Source: Neoechinorhynchus agilis (Eukaryota; Animalia; Acanthocephala). From it: a stretch of 64,000 nucleotides of DNA. Each line of letters starts with the position of its first letter. Positions within the stretch are counted from its first letter, which is position 1. Made by a program: the position numbers and the translations under genes. Below, piece by piece: positions 52,097 through 63,739 of the stretch. A model generated the notes under the pieces. The model made no database searches, had not been told where the DNA came from, and worked only from the letters and a program-made list of their open reading frames with translations. The stretch spans positions 16,532,784-16,596,783 of the forward strand of contig CM121341.1 of NCBI GenBank assembly GCA_051530055.1, in the 5' to 3' direction.

Positions 52097-52881
52097 TAAT
52101 AATAACACGTTTATTGTTTAAAAAAATACAAAAAATAGAACCCATGTACCTTTGGGTTCTCATAAGCACTTGAGTTCAGAGTTGTTCAAAAAATGTATCC
52201 GTTAAGGTGGCAATAGTGGGAATTGTTTTTTGTGGTTTACAGGAAAGCTTGTGAAGTTAATCTTTCCTCCGATTCATTTCAGGACATTATATCCGAGAAG
52301 ATTAGGCAGCATGGAAAAAGGAGCGTAGGTATAGGGAGGTGCGAGATAGTCAATTTGGAGTAAGCACATATGTAAATGCACGTGAAAAGACTTACCGGTG
52401 AAACCTGTAAGCAGCTGAAGGGGATGCTACGAGGCCTTAAATGAGACTTACCTTTTTCATCGGCTAGGGTGGATTTTTCGGTCACTAGGCTAGATGCTGA
52501 GACGGCACTTTTGTAGCTGGTAGGTGTCAGTTTGCTCCGAATCACTAATTCGATTCGTTTTGGATGCCTTATCAAGTTCCCTGTTGTTGGAATAGTTAGA
52601 AGCTGTAGTTAAAAAAACGCGCAAGCGGTGCGACGGGAAGGTCGTTGCGTTGTTACTTGGAGCAGACCAACTCGCCACGTTTGCCCCATTCGCTATTGGT
52701 ACTCACAAACACCCAACCTCACGAATTCTCCTAGACTAATAACCACCCACTTTTTCATCCGGCCGGAACCCTCATCCACTCCAATATCAACAGCTGCAGT
52801 GTTCGCGAGTTTAAATGTTCACGAGGACCAAGAGGTAAATGGATCCTCTGCTTTGAACAACAATAAAAAGTGTTATTATTA
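52097..52881. mobile_element. Two divergently oriented LINE 3'-tail fragments (52097-~52300 minus, ~52580-52881 plus)
   Basis: Both carry the ACC(C)A-A..GGTA.A-TGG stem-loop and an AATAAA..GTGTTATTATTA end. Confidence 0.55.
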
Positions 52882-53059
52882 AGAGGGCTCAACGGGTGGT
52901 CACTTGGCTTAATTAAATTAGACGAATTTATGAATAAAGCCATTTTAAGTCACACAGGGGATTTTCTCATATCAAGACAACCGGAATAGTAAGGTATCGT
53001 TTTACGCGTAGAATTAAAGATTGAAAAACATTGAAACAATCCCTCACAACATTAGCATT

Positions 53060-54309
53060 GTCGTCCCTGTTAAATTGTCGAAAGGACGGATGCAGAGTTC
53101 CCCCGTTGCAGGGCCAGACTTTTTTCTAGGAGGAAAGCTCCTGCTCCCGGATCGCCAGGGATTCGTCTCAATCTCTTGGACAATTGCTTGACCAGGTTCT
53201 GCGCCGTGACTCGACGCCAGAGAGAACCAAATAATGATTTCGAACCAGGCCCCTGTATATTATCCTTTTACAATCCTCAGTGGCAGATACTACCCCCCAC
53301 GGTTTTACAGCGGCCAATTTTATGTTGCTGACTGCGGCATCCCAGCGAAGGCATTTTACTTCTCGCCCCCAGGAATACTGTGACACCGGCAGGTCTACGG
53401 CCATCGAGCCGGCAAAGATTGCTCGGCTCTAGGATGTTGGACGCATTCACAGTATTCAGGGCACGACTAAGAATTGCGTTCACTTCAGGTGTCGTAAGTG
53501 TACCTCCCGCCTGATTGCCGACAGACGAGACCATGTCGTACTAACGGTTCCACGGTCGCTCCGAAACGGCAGCGATGGGATGTACGCATCGGCACCCCAA
53601 GTCTCAGGCACATTGCAATCCTTATTGCAGTGTCAGAGCGAAAAGTACCCACAGAAGCGATTTGAAGAGCGCTGAGCTAAGCACCCGATTCTCTAGTCGA
53701 GACTGCTGTCAATCGAGTTCGGTTCACCAGGTCACGAGAATCTGAAATTAAAGGGTTATGAATTTTCGCTACCAGTGGTGAGTCCCAAACTTATTGTTCG
53801 CAACCATTGACGGGTATCTGCTCGCTGCTTCAATTTTCAAACCAAAGATTAAGAACCTCCACGAAATCTTCATCCGAAGTGTAATCTTCGCCGGGAAAAC
53901 ATTGAACAATTTTGCAGCTTACTTCATACGATCCCAAATAAGCTGACAGGGAAATATCTACTGCCTTGCAGACACCCCTTTGATGGCATTCCTCGTCCGA
54001 CAACTGAGTATCAGTTAGTGGATTGTTTTTATATGGCGGAAAATATAAAAACATGAACAATTCAATCTTTAAACAGTTAGTAGATTGTCGACTGAGGAAG
54101 TCAACTCATCCTTTTGGTTAAGCTCAAAAACGCGTAGCACGTTGGTCGTCTAGTCCCTACGATAACCCGCTCAGTCCCACTTTTCACCTCTTGTGCGATG
54201 AGCAATGCTTCCGCAGGCGAAAGTTCCAATGGTCTGTCTCCTGGCACTTAAAGGCTCATAAGAAAGAGCGGTATACCCGAACCAACCGACTGATTGAATT
54301 TTACGCGGG
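53060..54309 (-). mobile_element. 5'-truncated CRE-like (restriction-like endonuclease) non-LTR retrotransposon
   Basis: EVNAILSRAL..LEPSNLCRLDGRRPAGVTV..CLRWDA..GVE..GDP..FL..SLALQRGNSASVL; frameshifted. Confidence 0.8.
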
Positions 54310-54760
54310 ACATTTGGAAATTCAAAATGCCCTGTTCGACTCTATCACAAGCGAAACCCGACTATCACGGTATCTTTAAAAGAAAACCTCAACTAAAAAC
54401 TAGTTCTGATGTAGTATACCGCATACCCTGCAATGACTGCGAAATGGTCTACGTAGGTGAAACAATGAGCTGTTCAAAGAAACCTGTCACCGGCGTTCTC
54501 TGTGTCGAAAAGAGAAAATTCCATCGGCTTATAAAAGAGTTGATATTTATATTGAAATGACCAACACTATGGAAGGGAACAAAGCAAAGGTTTTCCTCGA
54601 ATTACCTGTAGTTGGCCTAAATGCACCCAGGGAAGTTGGTCTTCACCTATTTGGTTGACGATCCCGGGTTATGTCGTGTGCTTGTGGCAAATTCTTATGA
54701 AAGTTTAGATTGAATTGATAATGACTGATTCAATCAGCCGAAATACACATTAGTCTTTAA
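54310..54760 (+). mobile_element. Penelope-like GIY-YIG fragment followed by a degenerate hammerhead-like motif (54713-54750)
   Basis: SDVVYRIPCNDCEMVYVGET, then UUGAUAA-U-GACUGAU(UCA)AUCAGCC-GAAA. Confidence 0.7.
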
Positions 54761-55285
54761 TGATCTCTCTCTGGCGCAAAGAGACGCATCCACGACAACT
54801 CTGAGCTAGTCTCGATGCAGTCTGTCAATAGAGAGATGAATCTCTTTGCGGCCTAATATCGTGCGCCCTTTGGAATTCTTTTCAGAACGTTCCTAGGCAG
54901 AACTCGCACAATATTCCCTACAAATGGAATTTTATTTTGTACTGGTGATGCCGTGATTGGCGCTTGATTCCCATTATCAATGGACTTGGGGGATGAATAG
55001 GAACCGCCGCAGCATGAATTACGAGGTCCATGGACCCAGAACTCCTGTCGAGAAGCGACAAATTTTTACTCATTACGACGATCCATTAAAATACCCTAAA
55101 TATCCTACCAAGTAATCAATGTTTATCACTCAAGTGCACGAGTGCACGATTCAGCAAGTTTTCCTCGCCTAAGACTATCCTCACCTTTTAAGTTGCACCG
55201 ATATCTCGCTAGATTATCGGTTTAAAATCGATCACACATTTGAGTTATGTCTCCGATTATTATCTCCGCGGGAAAAGATACTGCC

Positions 55286-55486
55286 TTTGGTAGTTTTGTC
55301 ATCACGGATTCAAAAATTCACTGATTTATTTCCCCGATATTGCACGTCCGATAATTCCGACATTATCAAGGTTTGTCATTCACAGTTAAAAAAATTATAA
55401 GCTGGGGAAATGTCCGAAATATCGGAAGTGAAATATCGGGGAAATAAATCAGTGAATTTTTGAATCCGGTTGGCAAAGCTACCAAA
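55286..55486. repeat. Palindrome of two outward-facing hammerhead-plus-tail units (55334-55371 minus, 55401-55441 plus)
   Basis: Arms ~55286-55375 and ~55400-55486 are reverse complements; same family as 23252-23325. Confidence 0.75.
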
Positions 55487-55665
55487 AGAAATCATTAGAA
55501 TTATGTAGTAGCAGTCCCAATTTTACGGACGAACGCAAATGCGTTGCATGTATCAAATGACAAACGATTTTCTGGGTTTTATAAAGATAAGCGATGTTTG
55601 CTGGATTTGTGCAGGTTTATTGCATGTCGCAATAGAGACCCTTAACAAACTCCTTGTTGTCAGAT

Positions 55666-56795
55666 TTAAGTTTGACTAGAAAAAGTATCACTCACAATCT
55701 CATTCCTTTCATGAATGAGCCTATTAAGTTCCGATTGCCAAAACACAAGGCGTTCGCTTAATACTCGATTGTAGTGCAGTTGTGCCGTGAGAAGAGACTT
55801 GAGGTGTTCTGTTTGATGGTGGTTGGGAGACACGTTTGGAGATTGCTTCCATATCGGTTTTCCATCGATTCGTTCATTTACTTGTTTAACGATCGATTGA
55901 AACCGCTTTCGGTCGCTGATATTTCCATTGAGATAAACAAATGCCACGAATTCCGAGAGGGAGAGTGCGTGACCCTTCTCAAGTACTAGATCATTAGACT
56001 ATCAAACAAGTACGAGATTGTTTCTAAGTAAATCAAAATGCCGTACTTGTATGCCCATATTTCCATTCCCGTCGACCAAGGTCTACCAAAGCTTTTGAAA
56101 GATCAACTTTTTCATTTTGTTGAAGCTTTTTCATGTAGTAATGAACATAAAACTTTAGACATCCCTCAGGAAGAAAGTATTCATCATTGGAAGTGCTACC
56201 AATGTCGCATTCTTCACAGCTTATGTCCGTCAGGAAACTTTTCCATTCACTCAATACCTCGTCCGTTCGCGAGCATGACAATTGATCTCCCGAAGTGCTC
56301 TTCGTGTATTGCATCGTCTAAAAAGTAAGATAATCTTTCAAAATCAAAATGTTCATTAGACAACGCAACCGAAAAATCAAACCTCCTTTGCAGCAAGTGG
56401 GTTCTTGAGCACTTTTCTCTGCTCCAAATAATTTCATAAGGGCTCTTCGGTTTAACAAACAAAAGAAGTAGTAACATCAGAGCGATATTTTCAAAACACT
56501 TAAATCCGGGGAATTATCCATGCATGAAAGACCTGTATAATTTTTGAAATTCAATCAATCTTCATTTCTCGACAATTTACACGCTCATATTCTAAATTTT
56601 TAATTAATTTTACTTTTTCCATATACAATGCAGCATTTTATGACAAAGATGATGAACCACCCACAAAAAACGATCTATCCAAATAAATGGCGCATAACCG
56701 CATGACATTGCAAGTATCCAGGAATCTATCGCTTTGAATTCTTCCAGATCATGACGCGCTTTGCGATTTGATCCAAGGTTCAAATTGATGGTCAT
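55666..56795 (-). CDS. Uncharacterised multi-exon gene; 5' exons uncertain
   Basis: A 61-bp GTACGG..ATCTAG intron joins ORF 56033-56314 to ORF 55666-55947 in frame (KYGHT-I-LEKGHALSLSEFVAF). A TTTTTAG acceptor precedes the 56314 ORF. Confidence 0.55.
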
Positions 56796-57028
56796 TCGTC
56801 TCCATTCTGAATTGCGAAATTTCGTGAACTTGGCATTGGCGGTATTGTTTACTTGGATCGTCCGTATTTGTCAAAAAATTTAAAACGATTCGCAAATGCA
56901 ATTGATCAAAGTTCACCGAGTTATCCGATCACTGGACTATGCAAAGAATTCTGATGCAAAAAAATTGTGCGGATTGATACGGAAAACGCAAGCAACCCAG
57001 CGATTTATTGGAATGATTATCAGCAAAA

Positions 57029-57496
57029 ATGTTTTCTCGTAAAGGACGCGATCGTGCCTCCGCAACATGGCGATGTGTGAATGGCAAACTTACAAAATCC
57101 GATAAATGGGCGTTTAGAAAAACCAACATCATGTTGTGGAGCATCGAAAGTTAATCATTAGTCGAAAACTGTCATATTAAGGTAGGGCATAAGATCATCA
57201 TTTTGGATATCAACATGAGACTTCAACTTCTCATAGGGACAGCAGGTAATCCTGTTGGTTGCCTCATGCGCCCTCAAGGCGTAGACGTTGACGCAAATGG
57301 ATACATAATCGTAGCAGATTCTCGCAATTATCGGATTCAAGTGTTTGGTCGCGATGGATTTGTGAAACACGTCATAGGGCGAAATGGAAGCGGTGAAGGA
57401 GACCAAATGGATCGGCCATGTGGAGTTTGTGTTTCTCCGCAGGGGTCTCTACTGGTGGTAGACTTTGGGAATGATAGACTTTTGTCTTTTTCCTGA
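57029..57496 (+). CDS. NHL-repeat (beta-propeller) protein or C-terminal exons of one
   Basis: LMRPQGVDVDANGYIIVADSRNYRIQVF and MDRPCGVCVSPQGSLLVVDFGNDRL are NHL repeats. A possible 36-bp intron lies at 57150-57185; the start is uncertain. Confidence 0.65.
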
Positions 57497-57779
57497 GAGA
57501 AATTATAAAACCTGATCTATTGGAAGTCAAAAGGGTTTTGATTGTTTGCCTCATTCGTTGTTGACCCCGGGTACCTCACATATCGACACTAACTCATAAT
57601 GTTCAGTAGTATTTAAGAGCATTTTTAGTTCTGATGCTTGTTGTACAAATAAGAAACAAATAAGAGCATTTTTGGATTTACCCTTGACCATTTAGCTCCT
57701 AATTTCTCAAATGATACAAATGAACGATATTTGTTGGTCCCTGTTCAATAATCCAATCTAGATTTTCGATGCATAGTAT

Positions 57780-58166
57780 TCATATATTGTGGGTTACACA
57801 GAGAGCTGCGGTTAACAAAGGATTTTGATTATCTGGTAGTTTTTTAATAAATGTGAAATCTACATCGTTGATATCTCGCTGGCAAGCATGAGCGACTCTA
57901 TGTGAATCATGACATTTCATATTCTTGTCTTTAATAAACATATATTGCGAAATCCCAGTTTTGTGGAAATAACGAAAATTTTCGCCACTTAAGACGTTAG
58001 AAATCTGTGCAAGGCAACGGATTATGCGAAGATGTACTTCTCTTACAATTCGCAATAAAATACATTCATTTTGCATTTTTTCATGACAATTAAAATCCCA
58101 GCAAGTGTACTTCGAGGCTGAAACTGGGCGCAATTTACCTTCAAATGACGGCTGTGACAGCAACAC
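57780..58166 (-). mobile_element. Possible PIF/Harbinger transposase remnant
   Basis: RIVREVHLRI and TAALCVTHNI resemble the Harbinger S.IV.EV and AC..LHN motifs; no TIR found. Confidence 0.3.
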
Positions 58167-58747
58167 AATTGTATTAGATGTTTTTGAGTGACAAAATGAA
58201 CAGCGCGTGCTTTAAAAAGATGGAAAATTGTGATTTATAATGAAATTATTCATTTGCTGCTTTAAAGCTTAGAGATAATAGTTTAAAAATTTGGAAAATA
58301 TTAAGTTACTCTTTTAACCTTAGGATGCCACATCGAAATACTTTCTGATTGTTGCTCAGAGACATTTGACCTCCGAATCAGCATATGAGATTGATAAAGT
58401 TTCTTCGAAAAAATCAACACCCACAACGTCTAATTGTCGATAACTTTTTCCACATAATTCCATATGGGTTCATTATTCGTTATTTAATCTCGAATGGACC
58501 CAATCGGAATATTTCTTCAGTTATTAATTAAACTACTTAAAAGCTGCTTATTTCAAGTTTTCTTTAAATTTCTTTACCAAGTTAACTTTTTAAAAAGATG
58601 CAACAACCGCTCTAATTCGCATCCAAAAACTCAGCGACTTTTGTTGATTTAATGCCTCAAATACAAGAGCACTCGCACGCTCAAACGCATTCGGTGAAAG
58701 GATGATCCGGAAACGATTGGCGTTTGTGTGGAGTTTGACGTGATAGA

Positions 58748-59575
58748 TTAGAATGAGAAACACCGCGCCCAGAACGACTTCTTCTCTCCTTTTCCTGCAG
58801 TCAACGATGTTCCTGGTCTTACATTCCCAGATCCGGCGCTTGATCCCGATGCTCCGTTAGCTCTTGCAGAGTCAGCCGCCTTTTTGGCTTCGACCTTTTG
58901 TTTGATTTCCCTGGCTAACGTGAAAAAAGCTTCTTCGATTCCAATATTTCCTTTCGCACTCGTTTCTAAGAAGTGAACTCCATATTCATTCGCTACTTGT
59001 TCACCGCGCTCCTTCTTCACTTTACGCCTCTCAACCTCGATATCGCATTTATTACCGATAATCATTCGAACCACGTCATCAGCTGCGTGCTGCGCAAACG
59101 AATGAAAGGAAGGTTAAACCCCAGCCTTCGAAAAAAAATCACCGACCATTTCTATTGTACGAATCCAATTCTTTATGTTATCAAATGTCTTTTCATTTGA
59201 AATATCATAGACAAGCATTATACCCTTTAATGTAAGTTTTTAATGATTCTTCGCTCCAAAAATTACAGACCATTGCACCACGGTAGTACGCTGTTGTAAT
59301 AGTTTTGAATCTTTCCTGTCCAGCAGTGTCCCTGAAAAGTCATCCTCTGCGATTGATCAGCGTATTTAAAAAACAAACCATATTTGAAGTTTTATCCTCT
59401 TTCCATCCAACTCAATTGTCCTGATTTTGAAATCAATTCCAATGGTTGAGATGAATGTTGTAGAAAAAGTGGCGTCCACAAATCGATTCAGGACGCATGT
59501 TTTTCCGACACCTGAATCTCCAATCAATAGGAGTTTGAATAAATAGTCATATGTCTTTGCAGTTCCGGAACTCAT
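58748..59575 (-). CDS. RAB8: Rab8 small GTPase; introns 59378-59332, 59270-59225, 59146-59090
   Basis: [62 protein letters not shown], with C-terminal CFSF. Confidence 0.93.
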
Positions 59576-60568
59576 AACGGGTAAACAAAGGTTCAAGAAG
59601 AGCTAAAAACTGTCGGTTTGATCTGAAAGGAAAGTCAATAAAGATGTCATAGTGGCATGAGATGGCAATGTGATTTGGAAACCTTTTAGCAAAATTCTCT
59701 ACTTATTTCGATCGCGCATAAAAATTCAGTTCCATCTTTTACGTACTTACAACAATAATTTTAGGTTTAATATTTTATTTGGTACCGACGAATAAGCTTC
59801 TTCGATTGAAATATTCAAATTATTATTCTACGCTTTGTTAAATCAGAAAAATACCAATATAAGTTAAACTAGTTGCCTATAAATTGCAAGTCGTATTCCG
59901 AATAAGTTTTAAGCGAATTTGACGTTTAAATTTCAGCTAAAAGTCATAAATGAAGAGTCTTGTGGCCAAAAGCAGTAAATCATATTAGCTGATTTCTAAA
60001 TTTTTCGTCGAGACAAAAAGATCGATTGCATGTATTTTTGTTGAGTATTTGTTTAATTTGATTCCCAGTGTATTTGCGTGATGGGAGAACGATTGTATTT
60101 CCGTTTGTTCTCTTCTGGGTAACCCAATTTTTCTGCCAAAATCTTGAGGAAACAACGAGGAAGGAATGTGCCTCACGTAAGCAGGACGTGAGGGCTGTGT
60201 CGTTGGAACCACAGTCTTCATCGCTCTATGATGGTGGTGGGGATGCTGTACAATATTTGCATAATTCCCTTCTTGCGGTTGAGAAAGACCGTTGGTATGA
60301 TGCAACGGCAGCAGTGAAAAGCGAACCTAAAAAGTCCGAGCTGTTAGAAGTGTTAGTATGAGCACACTTGGTGTTATTGAGAGAAGATTAGATAGTGGCG
60401 GGGAGATCGTTTCGTCAAAACACTTAGTGTGTACTGTAGTCGTTGAACACAAACACAATGTTATCAACGAAAAGACTTCGTTCTCTTACGATGTAAATAC
60501 ACGTAGGATTCCATGAGTCAGACATCTAAAGTATGAATGCGTACGAGAAAAAGATCCGTTAAGACGAT

Positions 60569-61659
60569 TCAATAATAAGGTCCGAACTCATGCATTCTCT
60601 CACTTCTCAGCTTACTTTTGTACGCTTCTTCTCTTGACATGACGAACGGATTATTCGCTTGAATTTGAGTTCGCTGGACAATCTCGTCAGCAACTCTAAT
60701 CTTAGCTTCGCTTCTAATCGATAGAATCTTCTCTACGCCATGAAGAAGTTCACTGATACAACACTTAACAACTTGTTCAATAGTGTTGCATTGTACTACC
60801 AGCCCACGATTTCGTCTAATCCTATTCAATCTCTCGTCCATCTTTGCTTTTGATCTTATCTGCTCTAAGACTGAGAGTTCTCTTTGCCTTACAGTCTCCT
60901 CTCGCAACTCTTTAAACCTTTTAAGCTGAGTCCCACGCTCCTCTTCATCCTGCGAAAACGCAAAATAACCAACACCGAGTTCACGAACTTCATCGTTCCG
61001 AATATGTTCGTAATGAACATCTCTTAGAGAAGACAATTTTTCCATTTCCTGTGCCCATTTCAGTCGCAAACGATTACGATGCTCCTCTTCCACGTCCAAC
61101 ATCTCTGCAGCATCTCGGTATTCCCGCTTAATGTCTTCATCTTCATTCACGTAAATCGATTGTGGAGCATTTAATCCGTCAAGCCTCTCGAACTCATCAC
61201 GAGTGCAGTTTCGAGTTCGACCCAATTGATCCACGTATTCAATATAGTTTCCACGGACTTTAAGATTCACATAATGCTTTTGTTGAGTTTTTTTTTCAAA
61301 GTCAACCATAAACGGATTATCCTCGTGGGGAATCACATAAAATGCAGGAGGATACAAAAACGTGGCGCCCGTTTATCCCGCCTGCCTTCCACACATTCGC
61401 CACTTTCCAACTTGTCGTAAAGTTTCGATTTGGCCTCTAACGTACGTTTTGATAGTCTTAACCTTTCATCATCCTGGTCTATGGGTATTTCCTTAACACC
61501 CGTATCAACATTGTGCTTTTTGATTGCTTTTGGAAACCTCGTAGATGCAGTGATATCTTTAGTCACGTTCGTCGCACCTCTTTTCCTCGATAATATCTCA
61601 CCTTTGAGAACTGATAGTGCAGCGGCACAAAGATCTGCATCGATCGAATCTTCCGGCAT
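60569..61659 (-). CDS. CCDC174: CCDC174-like protein, at least one intron near 61330-61400
   Basis: LEAKSKLYDKL, MVDF, EYVDQLGRTRNC, HYEHIRNDEVRELGVGYFAFSQDEEER, LRSERMHEFGP. Confidence 0.85.
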
Positions 61660-63564
61660 TTTGAGCTTTAAATCTTCAAACCAAAAGATCCTCGGCGCTT
61701 CGTGAAACGTAACATTCGTATACTCATAAACATTATGTAAGCATAAAACAATGCTTGCCATTAAAGGGAAACATACAAGAGGCAAACTGAACATTGCGGA
61801 TTTCTACCAAACGCAATAAAAAGACAAATAGTCTTATTATTAATTAATGGATAATGTGAGGAAAAAACCCAACTAAATCTACGCGAGCATTTCATGCACG
61901 GCTTCTTCCACCATTGGCAATTTTAGAGGTTTCATTTGCCAGTGGCATTCTTTTCTCCCCAGTGAACGAGCAATCGCGGAAAATGCGTTCGACCATTTTA
62001 GACTAAAATACGCCAGAAAAGTATTGTTGGAAGATTATTAAGTACAAATGCCGGTTTCAACCGCTTTGAACTTCAACAATATCGCGCGGTTGAACACTTT
62101 AATTTTTTGAACTCTGGCCAGCAGGTAACTATTATTCAGTATCTATCTATGTGTGGCTTTCTTCACGGCTAATGATTTTCCTTGGACACACAGCCCACCG
62201 CAAAATCACTAATGGTAAAAACGGCAGCAACCCAATTTAATGATCAGAGCGACCAAAACTGTAGATATTATTTAACTTCGAAAACACTGCGTAGAGTGCA
62301 TGAGGGAATCGGTATCCTATATCGAAGGAACACGAGAAAACAATCCGGACACGAATCAGTCAATCACAATAAGATAGGAAAAACACTTGAGAAAACATGC
62401 AAATCTTAACAATGAGTTGATATGTTGGCAACTGTTTGCCCACGGCGAGACATCCGGCCAAAGAAAAGCCATTTCAAAAACGATAAAGTACATTGAGATA
62501 GCGACACACCCGACAAATTCCTGAGATATTTTTTGATTTGAGACAAGTGACCTTTATCCCACGAAATTTGAGAATTTTACGGCGTCTGAGAGAAGCGATC
62601 GTTTCCAAGCTGTGCGTCAAGTTGAAGGAAATGATCTAAAACGTTTCTTAGTCTAATTTCATGTATGTTTAGAACTAAAAATACTTAAAGCAGCAGCATA
62701 AAACTTTGGAAATCGAATCTAAAACATCTCACTCTTCGAACGAAAAATGTAAAACGCTACCAACTAAAAGGTGTACTGCTCATCCTCTATTCTTTTTGAG
62801 AGAGTAACAAGTCTTCCTAATAAGATAGCGCATCGTTGATATACACAATGCCCTTATGGGTTACAACCTAAATATGAATCTAATCCATGAGTTTTAAACG
62901 ATTACTGACGGTTGGAATATTTTTTTGGTAAAAACTGTTTATCGGATTATCGACTGATTTCAAAACGCAATATACAAAGATTGTTAAAACCAAGTTAGTG
63001 AAGTAAATGCGTTTTCCTTGTTAAAATCCGACGTAACATTGGAACACTCCTGTGGACCAATCGAACCTTTAGACCTGTCTCTTCTAGGAACCTTCTTGGT
63101 GTCGCTCGTGAATTTTTCACTTACCATGTCAAGGGGTCAAACTTTCTACAGCAGTGAAGTACAGAACGAAAGACTCATTAGAACGTTTGTTTTTGGAAGT
63201 ATTGTTCATCTCGCAAGAGGTAAAAAGTGGTGGTCTTAAGGAGGCCAAAGTGCGAGGCGTTATTGTGCTTAACCAAAGGGATGAGCTTGCCTCATCAATG
63301 AACTTTGTTCTAACTCTAAATTTGTGGATTTTCTTTGAGGACGCTGACTCCGAAGTGTCGGTCAAACATAAATTTGTTTCAACCGCATAAATTGCTAAAT
63401 TAACGACAATAGAATGAAGTTATAAAAACAGTAGGTTGTTCCGATGTTAAATTGCTCAAAAACGCGACATTTAAGCCAATTTGGAGCAATTTGTAAAATT
63501 GAGCGCGTACTCCATATTTCTAAAACATTATCGAAACTCCGAGTTTATCGCCAAACTCGAATTA

Positions 63565-63739
63565 CAAGGAATGTCGATATTTGAGGTACCGGGGAATGTG
63601 ATTGGAATTATTTTTTAGGTCTACACCCGGTAAATGAGTATTTATTAAAGACGTTTCGAACCTCGTCGGTTTCATCATCAGTTTGATAGTAATAGACGCT
63701 ACTGATTTACCGGGTGTAGACCTAAACAATAATTCTAAT
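63565..63739 (-). ncRNA. Canonical-core minimal hammerhead (63647-63684) enclosed by ~31-bp inverted arms
   Basis: Reverse complement reads AAA-CUGAUGA-U-GAAAC(CGACGA)GGUUC-GAAA-CGU-C-UUU-AATAAA. Arms 63605-63635 and 63705-63735 match 30/31. Confidence 0.8.

Noticed and set aside
50339-54309. 648-bp direct repeats 3.3 kb apart resembling LTRs
   Set aside because: The repeat is an internal piece of a CRE-like ORF that continues past one copy. There are no TG..CA ends and no gag-pol between the copies.
55286-55486. DNA MITE interpretation
   Set aside because: The arms are homologous to the PLE-end unit at 23252 and contain hammerhead-like cores; no TSD found.
56038-56328. Plus-strand ORF with CxxC pairs as the zinc finger of a TRIM-NHL gene
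   Set aside because: All three plus frames stop soon after its donor, while the minus strand splices cleanly in frame.
59985-60520. Overlapping ~100-aa ORFs on both strands between Rab8 and CCDC174
   Set aside because: I could not build a consistent start and splice model or recognise a motif; a small gene is not excluded.
62182-63390. Short ORFs near the window end
   Set aside because: No recognisable motifs, splice structure or terminal repeats.
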